A DNA stretch of 63,877 nucleotides, filler included, from Licmophora abbreviata (taxonomy: Eukaryota): the NCBI GenBank assembly GCA_900291995.1. It is 13 parts of 13 records of this genome, joined end to end, with 100 filler letters (N's around TTAATTAATTAA, not from the genome) between each part and the next. Parts side by side here need not be neighbours in the genome. Positions count along the whole stretch, not along the records: positions 19,602 to 26,375 come from OLMU01004898.1; positions 26,476 to 28,930 come from OLMU01004899.1; positions 29,031 to 34,760 come from OLMU01004900.1; positions 34,861 to 38,265 come from OLMU01004901.1; 9 more parts are not named here. One strand, given 5' to 3'. This document shows positions 22,478-35,093 of the stretch, piece by piece; the stretch's first letter is position 1, and each line of letters starts with the position of its first letter. Below the pieces are notes generated by a model, which made no database searches, was not told the DNA's origin, and was given only the letters and a program-made list of their open reading frames with translations. The position numbers and the translations under genes were made by a program.

Positions 22478-25400
22478 ATGTCCGGATCACAATCTCACCT
22501 CCCCGCTCAGTCGAAAAAGTCAGTTTTCGTCGGGGGAACCCTCTATGAAGGAGAGCGCTTTTACAAGTATTGTAGAACATACGGAATGTGTACAAACTGC
22601 GGTCTCGTTCAGACACATCGAGTGAAACTCAAGAAATTTGGAATGGATAGAAAACTCGTGCCCATAGACAAGAAAAAGAAGAAAAATGGCAAGGTCACCT
22701 ACGAAGTTTATAAGGGTGTAAGTAAGAGGAGCGGAGAGAAGGAGACTCCTTGTAATGTAGTTTGTTCGCTCACTGTACTGCGTCTGTCATATTTCAGTAC
22801 TGCCTCCAGCCCACTTGTTATTCCTTGAATCAAGTGAAATTGATCTTGGGGGAGAAAACTCGTAGACCGAGCGCAAGCAATTCATCACGTGACTTACGGC
22901 AAGGCGGCTTATCCCAAAATGTGCTGCATGCAGAAGTTTCGGTCAGGAAGATTCCGGAAGAAGCGTCATCCATCGACGATCGGAGCCGATATCAGAGTCA
23001 ATCCATTGATCTTTCCGACGGGAGTGGTACCGCGTCAGGGCGTCAATTCAGCAATCTTTTCGAGTCGAGGGGTGCCATCTCTTATCCCACTGATAGCGGG
23101 AACTCGGCACAGTCAAGCGCAGACAGTACATGCTATTCACCTGCAGTGTCGGATCGAACATGGAGCCGTCATCTCAACCCGGACTCTTCATCGCGCTCCC
23201 GAGAAACCGCATCTGTCGCCTTGGATGACTTCGTATGGAACGTCCCCCCTCCTCCTATCGAAGCGCCGAGGATAGGAGAAAAAGCAGAGATTCTCCGAAC
23301 GCTGAAGGATGCGGCAGACGCACAAGACTATTTGGATTTTCTGACTACGTTTGACGTCCAACATGCCGATGAACAAATAGCTACGCAGGCAATTTCCATG
23401 TTGCGCAAAATGGTGGCTATCTCCCATGGTAGCGAACGGCGTAAATATGTGTTTCCTCGAGATGCGTGGATCAAAATCGTGAGATCAACTTCGGAGGCGA
23501 ACCGCGGTTGCGTGATTCTCCAAGAAGAGATTGTAGTAACGTTATGGTATCTTTGCTCGTTGAACGAACACTACATGCGCGACGTCATACAGCACGACTG
23601 TGCCCAAATTATTCTCGCGGCATTGGAACACACATCGCCTGGCTTGGATGCGCTTTGTTGCGGGGCTCTCGAGTGTTTGACGAGGAACGAAAGAGAGGGG
23701 CTCGCCCTCGCCACGCGTGAACAGCATGACTCACTTCGGCCTGACGTATCTTTTGACGTAATGCATGAACGATGTATATCAACGGCTCAAGAAATGGTGG
23801 CGGTTGTTGCAGGGGAAAGTAGAGGCGGCAGAAATCTGGCAATCGCGACATTGTGCAACTTATCGTATCAGGCTGCAAGTTACGGCGACCTGCCAGCGTT
23901 GGTGACTTACATCCAAGATATAGCTCCCGATATGTCCCAGTTCTTGCAACAGTTGGTGCATGTCCTGAACGACGAGGGTGACACCGAAATAGTAGTGGAA
24001 GATACCCTCACGCTGCTTTGTCGCCTGTCATCAGCGCTCTGTGGTACTGCGGATGCCAGTCCATTCCGCCCTGTCACGGAGATGCTTATTGTATGCGCCT
24101 CGTCTTGCCTGGAAAAATATAGTGCCTCGCACTTGCAAGTTGTCGCCTGCTCTTTGATTTCAAATCTACATGTACCGAACAACGACGGTAGTGGTACAGC
24201 GGACGTATCCCCGGAAACAATACGGACTGCTGTGCAGAGAATCCAGACTCTATTCCATGATTTTGCCGACGAGTCTGATGTTCTGATATCGGGCCTTCAC
24301 GCTCTCAGCAACATGCTTAGCGATGCAAACAATCGGAATGCGTTGGTGAACGAGTTGGATTCATTAACAAGCGCAATCATAACTTTGAGCAAGACGTGGC
24401 AAGAAAACATTGAAGTGCAGCGCGCCGCGTGTCGTTCTTTGGCTTATCTTTGCTCTGGCGGCGAAAACTCAAGAGAAATTGTGATCTCCAAGGGAGGAGT
24501 GGATGCGGCAATGATAGCTTTGGGAAACGTGAGAACTGATGCATCAATGGAAGTGAGCCAGCTACAGGACGAAGCTTTCACCGCTCTGGGGACAATGTCG
24601 TTGTCGCCTTTGACAGCGATGGAAATTATGAATTCGGAGATCATGATGGTCTGTAAAGCTTCTGTCAGAACAGAGTCACCGCCCTCTCGTGGCTTACAGT
24701 ACCTCATCGTTGCATTGGCTCTGACTGCGAAGGCTTCATTGCTTGAAGAAGGAGAGACTGATCTCACATTCAGAGATATTACTTACCTTACACTTGAGAT
24801 TCTGTCGCACATAGGACCCGGGAGAACCCGTGCAAAGCTGTTAGGAGCCCTGCATGATATGTGTTATGCATCCGAAGCAGCCGTTGACGCTTTCCTAAGC
24901 GTTGCCGAAGGCAGCGGGATCGACACAATCCTGACGCTGATGGATGTCTCAAGAGACGACAGAGTCGTGCAGATCTACGGATGTGCCCTGTTTGCCAATG
25001 TTTACGCTCGATTGTCGTTCAAAGGCGAATTTAATATCCCAATTGAGCTGGCTAGTGATGAAGGACCCGTTGTTGTCGCGCCTCACAGGGCCTCCGTAGT
25101 GAAGACGATCAGACAAGCTTTAAAACACCACAAGAGCAATCCCAATCTTTGCCTTTCCGCTTGCCTTGCCCTGTCGAACATCATACTTGGAAAATCGAAC
25201 GAGTTCTCGTGGCAGGCCGATGAAGAGGTACGGTTGGCATTCTCGGGGACTTTCAAAGAAGTGGTAGATATTTTCTTTTTTCATGCCGAGTCCACAAGTG
25301 AAGCCGATCTATTGGGCCTAAAAGAAAGCGCAATAGTCTTGTCGCACATGCTTGTTCATGTCTCCGTCGACTCGGAACTAAAACGATGGAGTCCCCATCT

Positions 25401-26779
25401 AATTGACAGGGTAGTGAGCGAGATGCTGGCAATCAATCGGAACTCATATACACTTGCAAAGCGCTGCTGCATGACCTTGGTCGAACTCGTCAGCGGGCGC
25501 TTAGACGAGCGGTCCTTAAGCGATATTGCCGGGTCCGATTGCGCCGAAGCTCTACTCAAGGGTCTGGGTTACGATGACAGCCAACTGGGAGCGGGTCTGA
25601 TGTACGTCATATCTTCTCTTCTTCAAAATGTATTCACTTTCAGTGGAGAGGTTTTAAAGGACGACGGAATTCTCCGCAGGGTTGTCACTCAAATGGGCTG
25701 GTATGGGGAATCCGCATCCATCCAGGCTGAGGCGTGCTCTGTACTAAGATGGTCGTGCCAGCTAAGTGATGACTATGTGAAAGGCGACGTTTCGAATCTT
25801 GGGGCCGTCGATCGAATCATCATCGCGATACAGCGCCACCGGGATGACGTCGTGGTGCAAGAACGCGCGTGTTGTGCCCTAGCGGCGATTGCACCGGGAA
25901 TCCCGATCAAGAAGCTCCTCTCTTGCTTGGAAACGCTGTGCGAAGAAACAATATTTGCGTTCACCAACTACAGAGACTATGTCGGTATTCAATCGGCAAT
26001 TCTCGAAACGCTGGCGTCGCTTTGCGGACGCAGTGAGGAAGTGTTGAAGCTGGTGACGACGATGGGCCTAATTCGACACGTTGTGAATTCGATGCATGCA
26101 CACCTTCCTTCGGAGAAAGTTCAGAATTCAGGCTGTACCCTTCTGTGGATCCTCGCGACGCATGGGGACAAGAAGATCGAGATTGGCCAGTGCGGTGGCA
26201 TCCATGCAATCGTCGCGGCAATTTTGGCGCATGTCAACTCCCCGTCCCTGCAGAAAGAGGCCCTGATGGCTCTTAAATGTATTGCTAGAGAGCCTGAAAA
26301 CAAGGAAGCTATGGCACTCTGGGACGCAACAACTGCGATTCGACTCTCCATGTGGGCCAACATGAACGATCCATCNNNNNNNNNNNNNNNNNNNNNNNNN
26401 NNNNNNNNNNNNNNNNNNNTTAATTAATTAANNNNNNNNNNNNNNNNNNNNNNNNNNNNNNNNNNNNNNNNNNNNCCTGAGCATCGGATTGTCGGCTCTC
26501 AACAACTTTGCAGTGAATCTCGAGGCGAAAGAGGTGCTCCCGATTACGGAGGAGCTTCTTCAGTGCATTCTAACATCGATGAACCAACACGCAAATGACG
26601 CCGAGGTCCAAAAGAAATCATGCTTTCTCCTCAAGAGCTATACATTCAATCCGACGACGTTGCTGATGATGAGAGCAAAGTACGAACAGCTTGCCGAGCT
26701 ACTCATGGTTGCGTCGTCGATGTTCCCCGAGGAATGTGAAGTACGTTGTCAACAGATAATGCGAAAAGTGGAAGGCTAG
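22478..26779 (+). CDS. Large ARM/HEAT repeat protein with N-terminal Cys-rich motif; intron 22718-22797; spans spacer 26376-26475
   Basis: A 1221-aa ORF plus flanking exons. ARM repeats include VQRAACRSL, VQERACCAL and GGIHAIVAAI..H...LQKEAL. Confidence 0.75.
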
Positions 26780-26810
26780 CTAGAGATAGGTCATTGTTCT
26801 TCAAATACTG

Positions 26811-28896
26811 TCAGGTCCCTTCGTGTTTCCGGAGTATCTTCAACATTGCATTCTCACCATCCAGCTCGATTGGCGTTTCGCAGAAGAACTCTTTGGCCGA
26901 GTTGACTAGCTGCAGGCACCACAGCGCCTCTTTTGCAAATAGTTTCGAAGCCTTCGCCCCACCCTTGCCGACAATGTAGTTGCTAGTACCGGGGCCGGTT
27001 TTGTTCTTGTCCTTCTTGCTCATCGCTCGAACCTCCCCAGGCGATGGTCCCGGAAAGCATGTTGCTAGTATATCGCTCGAAATTGTTGCTGTTAGCGTCG
27101 AGTTCACCGCGTTCGAAGCGCAAAGTCCGATGCGCATGACATACTCATACTACATATGATGAAGCAACAAGAGCGGATGCGTTATTAGCGTACAGTTTCA
27201 ATAGTGGCAACTATCGAGGGGGAAAGAGAACCTCATGCAAGTGGAGGCCCTGTTCGACTTACCTTTTCACCCTTGGTCTTGCCATTATACTTCTTCTTTT
27301 TCAAAATGTTAAAGTATCGATGACTGCCCGTCATTTTACATGAAACGACAAATATCTTGTGTTCGTGCTGACGGTACAGCTCCTCATCCACGCGGATGCG
27401 TTCCATGAGACCGCGCAGTTCCGCGAATGACAGGTATACGAGGTCATGCTGTCGTTGTTGAAGTGCCTGCGCTGGACCGGTCGTCACGGTTGTTGCATCC
27501 TCTAATACAAACGCATTCCTGAGTGCTCCTTCGTTGTGATTGGTAGGCGTCGTGAGATCAATGGTTTCCTGAGACGACGACGACAGCTGCATGTTGGTTG
27601 TCGTTCGCGAAGATGTCCCGGTTTGAATGACAACCGGACGATGCTGTGAGTAAGGATTGTTGTTAGAATATGGATTTGACCGTGGACCTGTCGACGAGGA
27701 AGAAGATGAAGAAGCGGACGTCACCGGAACATGACGAGACGGTGGAGCGGGCGTCGATTGTGTCGTCCGGTGCTGTGGGGCTGCCGGTCTTGTCGTCCTT
27801 GCGTTGGATCCCGTGGCACCGACAGAGGGTGGAATCACAGTCGACCGTGACGTCGTTGCAACAGTAGTGCTACTGCTGAGCGACGACGGAATGCGAGCTG
27901 CCGGGGGTGGCATGACAGCTCTACTAATCGCAGTCACGGAGGGCGCAGGAGGTTGCGGTACCGCCACGACATCTCCACTCTCCTGTTCGCCTTCGTCTTG
28001 TTCTTCGCGAGAAAGACAAGGCACAAAAAAGGATGCAAGATAAGACACAACCTTACGCAGGAGATAATAACACGAACATACACTGTCAGTGGCAGCAATT
28101 TGCTTCAATCACTCATCGTACCTTCTTCCATCCCCGTCAAAGGATTCCAAATGAGAGCACGCACGGTCGGATCGACGCCCACCCCAGCCACTCGCTGCGC
28201 CTGTTCCAAGGCTTTCTTCTGCACATTGACGAGATCTTCTACCGACCCACCCAAGACAGTCGCGCATCCTGCATGCAGAAAGATCACACCCAATCGAATA
28301 TCCAGCGGCCCTCGCAGTAACACCTTGCAGCCCGCATGACTGTGTACCGAGAGATCGGACAGGAGCGGAGGCACTTCCATGGCAATCAAGTGTTGTGCTC
28401 GTCGTGTGTTCTCACTTGAGGATACTACTAGCGGATAACCATCCGTCAGATATAGTTTCAGACAGCGCGAATGCTGATTCCCCACAGCGGTTGGCCCCGT
28501 CCGCGACGCCGGTCCGACGCTGAGCCTTGTTTCCGCATTGACGGAGACGTCCAATACTTCTTCGACCTGTACCATCAATCGGAAGCTTTGAGGTAATCTT
28601 ATCACTTTTTCATGCTGTTGAGAAGTAGACTGTTGCACCGCTTGTCGTAGCGCTCTGGAGTTCCCGTTCATCGCACTGCGATCGACGACATCTCGCAAGT
28701 CGGCATGCAGCACTTGGTGCAAAATGGAGTCATCAGCTGCGGACGATGAATCATTGCTGCCGGTTTCTTGCAAGTGAACATGACAGGCACCTATCCAGTC
28801 TTCTGAGGGATATATGCCAGCCGTGCGTTGAAGAGAAGAAGAGGTAGTATTCGCACTGCTAGCGTCATCATTGGGAGCCACCATTGTCATGGTCAA
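26811..28896 (-). CDS. RMI1: RecQ-mediated genome instability protein 1 (RMI1); introns about 28003-28121 and 27150-27262
   Basis: RMI1_N OB-fold motifs MVQVEEVLDVS, RCLKLYLTDG, IAME, GCKVLLRG and GVIFL...VLGGSVEDL. A low-complexity linker precedes an RMI1_C-like region (VYLSFAEL...). Confidence 0.8.
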
Positions 28897-29275
28897 ATGA
28901 AAAAATTGTGTGCTGTCAAAATCGAAAGAGNNNNNNNNNNNNNNNNNNNNNNNNNNNNNNNNNNNNNNNNNNNNTTAATTAATTAANNNNNNNNNNNNNN
29001 NNNNNNNNNNNNNNNNNNNNNNNNNNNNNNACGAAGGAACCCGGACTAGTCAAAGCGATGATCATCGCGGCCGGCGGCCTTCGAGTTTGGCGCGGGCGCG
29101 CCATTTTTCTCGTTCAGACCGCGCGAATTAGCGCGCGGCGTCTGGCGTGGTCGGCACCATACACCACGATGACGCACGCGCGACGACGATCTTCCAAATT
29201 TGCAAAACTTTTTCCTCCGACAGAAAGATCGAGCCGTTGCCGGCGACATCGCCACATCCGTCAATCATCAGCATC

Positions 29276-29950
29276 ATGACAACGCCATCCTCGACTCGCT
29301 TCACGGATCAGCTTCGCCATGCCGCAGGCGATCAGTGGGATCGCGTGATTCACCACAAGTTTACGAACGAATTGGCAGCCGGTACAATTGATCGCGACAA
29401 GGTCCTCAAGACCTACCTCATTCAAGACCATCGCTTTCTCGATGCCTTTGTCGTTCTACTCAGTAGTATGATTGCGCACGCTCAATGTCTAGAAGACCGT
29501 ATTCCAGGCTGTCAGTTTCTAGCCATTATAACAGGGAAAGAAAATACGTACTTTGTGAGGTGTTTTGAGAAACTGGGGTGTAGCAATCCAGAAGAACGAG
29601 CACGGATTGCGAATGCTCCTTGTACCGACGGTTTCACTGGTCTCATGCGAGAGGTTGCCATGGAAGGGAGTCTCGGTGAAATGTTGTCTGTTCTTGTTGT
29701 CTGTGAGTGGTCCTATCTGTCGTGGGGAGAACGGGTAGCGTCAACCACGAATCGGGATGACTTTTTGACCTACGAGTGGGTCGACCTGCACTCGGGCGAA
29801 TTCTTTCAAGGTGTCGTGAACTACCTACGAGGCTTGTTGGACAAGGAGGGTATGTGGATGGATGAGAATGGGAAAGATGCATGCAAACGACGATTCCTTC
29901 AAGCTGTTCAGCTTGAAGAAGACTTCTTCGACTTTGCGTACAAGTGCTGA
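29276..29950 (+). CDS. tenA: TenA/THI-4 family protein (thiaminase II / aminopyrimidine aminohydrolase, thiamine salvage)
   Basis: W..VIHHKFTNELAAGT, YLIQDHRFL, CEWSYLSW, YEWVDLHSGE.F and LEEDFFD.AY motifs. Confidence 0.88.
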   Translation: MTTPSSTRFTDQLRHAAGDQWDRVIHHKFTNELAAGTIDRDKVLKTYLIQDHRFLDAFVVLLSSMIAHAQCLEDRIPGCQFLAIITGKENTYFVRCFEKLGCSNPEERARIANAPCTDGFTGLMREVAMEGSLGEMLSVLVVCEWSYLSWGERVASTTNRDDFLTYEWVDLHSGEFFQGVVNYLRGLLDKEGMWMDENGKDACKRRFLQAVQLEEDFFDFAYKC

Positions 29951-30078
29951 TTCACTTGTAGGCTGTCGGTCTTTGGTTGAAATAATATTACTTCATCCGC
30001 ATGAAGATAGACTGGTGACACAATTTATGCTATTTTCAACGTCCTCCTACTGCTTGATATTGAGCGAGATTGCTAGTC

Positions 30079-31188
30079 TTACAATCCTGCATCCCTCTTG
30101 AGCTTTTCCAACTCATCATCGATGGCAGGATTGGAAGGCGTGGAGTTGCTGGAGGATGCACCACTGCTGCCGCCTCCACTGGCATCGCTGCTGCCCCCCA
30201 AAAGTCCTTTCATTTTCTTCAGTTCATCATCGACAGAAGAAGAGGCCTCCAGCATTCTAAACTCTTTCTCGATATCACTTCCACCCGGCAAGGCATTCAT
30301 AGAACCCATCTCGGCCGAAACTTCCGCCGACGCCTCGAGGGCCTCCACTTTTTCTTCCATACGATTAAAGGCATCCATACTCGTTTTACCCGACACTCCA
30401 CTGAGCATGTCGTTCACTTTCTGCGTACTTTGAGCCGTTCGCGCACGCGCCACCATTTGATCCTTCTTTGCCTTACTTTCCATTATTTTGGACTCCAACA
30501 TTTGCATACCTTCGTACAATTTGTCAATGGACCCTGCCTGCGCATCAATCTGTTCCTGCGCCGCCGCAGCGGCTTCGACCTGTTGCTGACGACGCGTCAA
30601 GGCCTCTCGCGCCAATTCGTCGTTTCCTTTTTGCAAGGCGAGCTGGGCGCGATCATACCAATCCTTGGCGAGCGCCTCGGCCTGTTCCTTTTGTTTCATC
30701 AACCGACGTTGCGTGGCTGTGACTTCCGCATACGACTGACGCACTTTGACCAAATCAGCCTAATAGAATAAGTGTAAAAGAGGGCGGGGAGAGCCTACTG
30801 TGAGATTAGTGTACTAAACTATATGTTTCTTTGGACTTCCATTTTGGTCCTGGGTTTCTGATCATTGGTGCTCAGACGACGACGATGATGAACAACGTAC
30901 CTGCATGTCTTCTACCGCTTGACTCATAATTTTCTCGGGATCTTCTAGATTCTTCAGAATGTTATTGAGGTTCGACTTGGCAACGCGCGTGAATCGATCA
31001 AACAAGTTCATTTGAAGCGAGGTTGACGATGGCGCAAAGCTGCCCATGTTGCGTGCAGGAACAAAGGAGGACACGCTGCTGGCAGGAGCAAAGGCATCGG
31101 TGGTAGTGGTGCACGACATGAGACCTAATAGTGATGGTATCATCATCGCGAGAAGGAGCGTAGCAGCAGACTTCGGAAAATGAGCCAT
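30079..31188 (-). CDS. VIPP1: VIPP1/IM30 (PspA family), plastid-targeted; intron 30760-30900
   Basis: Signal peptide plus TDAFAP. MNLFDRFTRVAKSNLN..EDPEKI, ELAREALTRR and FNRMEEKV motifs. An extra C-terminal helix IDDELEKLKR follows a Gly/Ser linker. Confidence 0.95.
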
Positions 31189-31486
31189 GATGATGAACAC
31201 AACGAAGTTGCTGAGGGGGAAAGAGTAGTCTGTAGGTTAGCGACTGGCACAGAGGACGTGACGCAATGAGAGTATTGCCTAAAGTAAGATCGAGTCACTG
31301 CAACAACACAAGACGACACGCCAAGATTTCGAGCGTCGATTCGTTCCACGAGTTCAACTCTCGAGCGAAAATTGCGCGCGCTGCGATGAAGTTGTAAGAT
31401 TCCATCACCTTTGTGGAAGAAGATAGGACGGACGGAATCTCGAGGAGCACGAGCTCATTTTCGACATCATTCGAGCTCGTGCGCGA

Positions 31487-31494
31487 TGACGTCA
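31487..31494. promoter_or_regulatory. Palindromic TGACGTCA (bZIP/aureochrome-type box) in the divergent VIPP1 / ferredoxin-domain gene promoter
   Basis: Exact TGACGTCA in the ~490-bp intergenic region. An 8-mer can occur by chance. Confidence 0.3.
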
Positions 31495-31676
31495 CCTTTC
31501 TCACTTCAACAAACGCGACAAAACTGGAACAGAAGGCATTCTTCTACCAAAAGGGACGATACGTTTGCCCATGGTATTGTAACAGCAGCCTTTCCCTTCC
31601 TCAGTCATCATCACCTTTCTTGTCGTGCTAAGTGAAGCTAGGCCCCGTCGAAGCAGAAAATTTGTTGCTCTTCAGT

Positions 31677-32891
31677 ATGGAACACCGACGCCGTCGACTC
31701 CTTCCCATCGGCGTGTTGCTGTTGTTGTCGTCGACGACACGTGCCCTCGTAGTATCGCCGGCCTTCGTTACGCCTCGTGTTCGTTCATCGATTCACTCTA
31801 GAATGAGTACTCGGCTTTACTCGGACTGGAACGACAATCAAGACCAAGATAGCAATATCTGGAGGAGCTCTGAGGAAGAAGACGCTCTCCCACCCGGCAA
31901 TGAGGATGAAGACGACTGGCAAGTCAAACTGCAACGCAAACAAGACGGAAGCTACTGGTCTGACTTTGAGCCTCTTGACGACGACGACGATGATGATATG
32001 AATAATCATGATAGTAGCAAAGCAAAACTCGATTCCGAACTGTCCGACAAAGACAGCTCCACGAGTTCCCTTCCAGAGGATGAGGCGGCCGATGCTTGGT
32101 TGGATACACTCGCTTCCCTAACGGCCGAAGAAGTCGAGTTCAACTTGAAGGAGGCAGATCGAGCCGATAAGGTGCGACAAATGGAAGAATGGGGCTTTGA
32201 CGCCACAACGATTGGGAATGCTCTGGACGTGGCCATTAACGACACGCTGGATACAGAAGAGCTCCAGTCGTTTCGAGAATCTGCATACGAAGAGGACGAT
32301 GATGATGTCGATTACGCGACGGTCGAGTCGCATACGCGTGTGGACAAGGATGATGAAACGGGAGAGCCCATTCGATCGCAAATGGTCTACGTCGATGAGC
32401 ATACGTGCATTGGGTGTACCAACTGTGCCATGATTGCACCATCGACATTCTTCATGCACGATGAGCATGGACGAGCACGCGTATTTAGCCAATGGGGGGA
32501 CGATGACACTACGATTCAGATTGCAATCGAAACATGTCCGGTTGATTGCATACACTACGTCCCGTACGACGAGCTGGTGAATCTCGAAGTGGAACGACGG
32601 GATCAAAACATCAACTTCAAAGCACGGCTTGTGAGTCAAGGAGAGTATGGGGGCGTCGGAGGTAGTCACATGGTCGGCGGTGCGAACGGCTTCACGGCTC
32701 CGCAGACAATCAGTGGCAACCTGGGCACGCGGTGCAACAATTGCCCCAGCCGAGGCTGTGGCGACTGTCCCATGTACGGCGTCGGGAAAAATCCCGAGTT
32801 TGTAAAGAAAGAACAGGCGCGCAAGGCACGTATTGCCAAGAAGCGGATGCAAGCGGAGCGAGAGCGACAAAACAAGAGTGCGGACTTGTAG
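31677..32891 (+). CDS. Plastid-targeted 4Fe-4S ferredoxin-domain protein related to DJC76/CDJ3-type proteins, without a J-domain
   Basis: VYVDEHTCIGCTNCAMIAPSTFFM..EHGRARV..QWGD....IQIAIETCPVDCIHYV. Signal/transit peptide, acidic N-region, no HPD motif. Confidence 0.85.
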   Translation: MEHRRRRLLPIGVLLLLSSTTRALVVSPAFVTPRVRSSIHSRMSTRLYSDWNDNQDQDSNIWRSSEEEDALPPGNEDEDDWQVKLQRKQDGSYWSDFEPLDDDDDDDMNNHDSSKAKLDSELSDKDSSTSSLPEDEAADAWLDTLASLTAEEVEFNLKEADRADKVRQMEEWGFDATTIGNALDVAINDTLDTEELQSFRESAYEEDDDDVDYATVESHTRVDKDDETGEPIRSQMVYVDEHTCIGCTNCAMIAPSTFFMHDEHGRARVFSQWGDDDTTIQIAIETCPVDCIHYVPYDELVNLEVERRDQNINFKARLVSQGEYGGVGGSHMVGGANGFTAPQTISGNLGTRCNNCPSRGCGDCPMYGVGKNPEFVKKEQARKARIAKKRMQAERERQNKSADL

Positions 32892-33087
32892 TAAAGGCTA
32901 CATTCGTGTTCGGAAATCAACACACGCAAAGTACCGTATATTACTGTAGTTTAGTCGCTCCCAAAAATCGCGACCTCTAGACTCCATGTCACAGTATTTC
33001 TTTTAAATACCTACTAGCTAGCTAAAAAGTGATGCCTTCATGGCCGTTGCGTACAAATATAGCATTCCGTCGAACAAGACAACTTTC

Positions 33088-35093
33088 TTACTCGTCCTTT
33101 TTCTTCAAACCCACAAACTTCAACAGCTTGCCAAACGCTCGCTTGGCATTGAACGGAGGATATTTTTCCACGAGACTGCGGTCGAATTTACCCGTCACTT
33201 CGACGGGAATATAGCGCCAAATGACCGCCAAGATGCTCCCCGTCAAGGCCATCCACACGACACTGACCGCAGACGGAACGCGAGCCGCGTATTCACCAAA
33301 GTGAAGCTTTGCCAGCAAGAAGCCAAACGCAGAGGACTTCATGGATGTCTCAATCGCCATGGTGCGGGATGCGACTTCGCCAAATCCTGTCAGCCGGGGG
33401 AGCATGTATCCCACCAAGCCACCCACCAAGTGCAGCAACAAGACCGGGATCTGTGCACATGATACGATCGATAGATGATACGAATGACAAGCAGGGAATG
33501 AGCGAGACAAAACTCTACATGCGATTCTCACGTGAGCTTCCACCACAACAGCAACGTACCTGTAGAGAGATTCCGGCATTGAGAATAGGTTCCGCTACCT
33601 GGGCAACAGCACTGGCCACCAAGAGACACGTCGAGACGACACCTACTACTGGAGCAAAAGGAAGAATGGTCTTGACAAAGTTTGGAAAGAACTTGTTGGT
33701 GGCCATTCCAATAGCAATCGGAGCCAAGACGACCTGGAGAGAGATTCAAGCACTAGTTGGTTAGTGCCCTCACTCATTCACAATGCGATGGAACAACAAG
33801 ACACTCACCTGAATGGTCGAAAAGGCAATGCCAGCTGCATCGACGGGAACGACGGCCCCTAGAATACTCTTGCAGAGGATGGGCGTCATAAAAATCGCGC
33901 CCAGAGTGGTAGCGGTCGTCATCAAAACACTCAATGCCACATTTCCCTTGGCAATGTAGGTACACAAGTTGCTGGCTTGTCCTCCATTGATGCTCCCCAC
34001 CAGCACCATACCGGCAAGCATGGCAGGATCCAAGGCAAAGGCCTTCCCGAGGGCAAAGGCTAGGACGGGCATCATAGCATAGCAGAGACTGAACTGCATG
34101 AGGACTGCATTGGGACGGGCTGCGACTTTGACAAAGTCGGCAGGTGTGAGGGTAATGCCCATGGAAAGCATGAGAGCGGCCAATCCGGCTGTAAAGTACT
34201 CGGTGGTGAACCAAGCGAAAGACTGAGGGCTTTTCAGGGCGATTCCGGTAAAGAGGACGGTCCAAATGGGAAAGAGAGTCGTAGCGACGTTGGCAGTCTT
34301 CGTATAGGCATCAAAAATCTTCTTTCCCAAACCATCCTTCTCCTCGCTGGAGGAGTCTTCCTGTCATGACAAAAAATGTGAAGCGAGCGAGAGAGGCGGG
34401 TGCCCATGAGCAAAACGTGACGACGACGAAGCACGTATACTAGTGCAACACATAAGTCAACCCAGAGCATCTGGTTGTTCAAAATACGTACCGCGACCGA
34501 GGACGACATGCGGAGCGAAGAGGCAGTGCCGTCCTCGCTGGAGCTGCTTCCAGCAGTCGACGACTCCATGGACAAAGACATTGGCGACGACGAGCGACGA
34601 GACCGACTCTGAGGAGCAAGCTTCTGCCAAATATAAAAAGGAGAAAAAATTAAAGCAAATTGTAAAGAGTGAGACCTAAGTTTTACAATCGCAAAGCCAC
34701 ACATGACACGACACGCATGCTGCCGATGAGAACTGCCTGCCAGTGTGCCTCACGACGAACNNNNNNNNNNNNNNNNNNNNNNNNNNNNNNNNNNNNNNNN
34801 NNNNTTAATTAATTAANNNNNNNNNNNNNNNNNNNNNNNNNNNNNNNNNNNNNNNNNNNNATTAAAGCAAATTGTAAAGAGTGAGACCTAAGTTTTACAA
34901 TCGCAAAGCCACACATGACACGACACGCATGCTGCCGATGAGAACTGCCTGCCAGTGTGCCTGACGACGGAAAAAAGATACACCGGATCTTTCTCGATTT
35001 CTTTAAACTTACCACTGAGAGAGGGACGCGGGGAGCGAAGGCTTCCCCAGAGAGGGGAGTTAGCAAGAGCGTACACAGAGTCTGAATCTTCAT
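33088..35093 (-). CDS. BASS: Bile acid:sodium symporter (BASS2-like plastid pyruvate/metabolite transporter); 5 exons, first intron spans spacer 34761-34860
   Basis: Presequence GEAFAP. Motifs TTLFPIW, MLSMGITLT, GGQASNLCTYIAKGNVALSVLMT, SRTMAIETSMKSSAFG..LA..HF and VPSAVS. Confidence 0.9.

Noticed and set aside
29950..30079. Possible TPP riboswitch next to tenA
   Set aside because: No CUGAGA / ACCUG aptamer core is visible in the short 3' region shared with VIPP1 or upstream.
30070..32870. Long antisense ORFs (30070-30771, 32118-32870) and many other short overlapping ORFs
   Set aside because: Shadows of real genes on the opposite strand, with no recognisable motifs.
34649..34962. ~100-bp direct repeat (34649-34750 vs 34861-34962)
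   Set aside because: The copies flank a spacer, so this is an unmerged contig overlap inside the BASS intron.
29276..35093. Prokaryote-like operon (tenA, pspA, ferredoxin, BASS) or bacterial contamination
   Set aside because: Mixed strands, spliceosomal introns and plastid-targeting presequences show these are nuclear eukaryotic genes.
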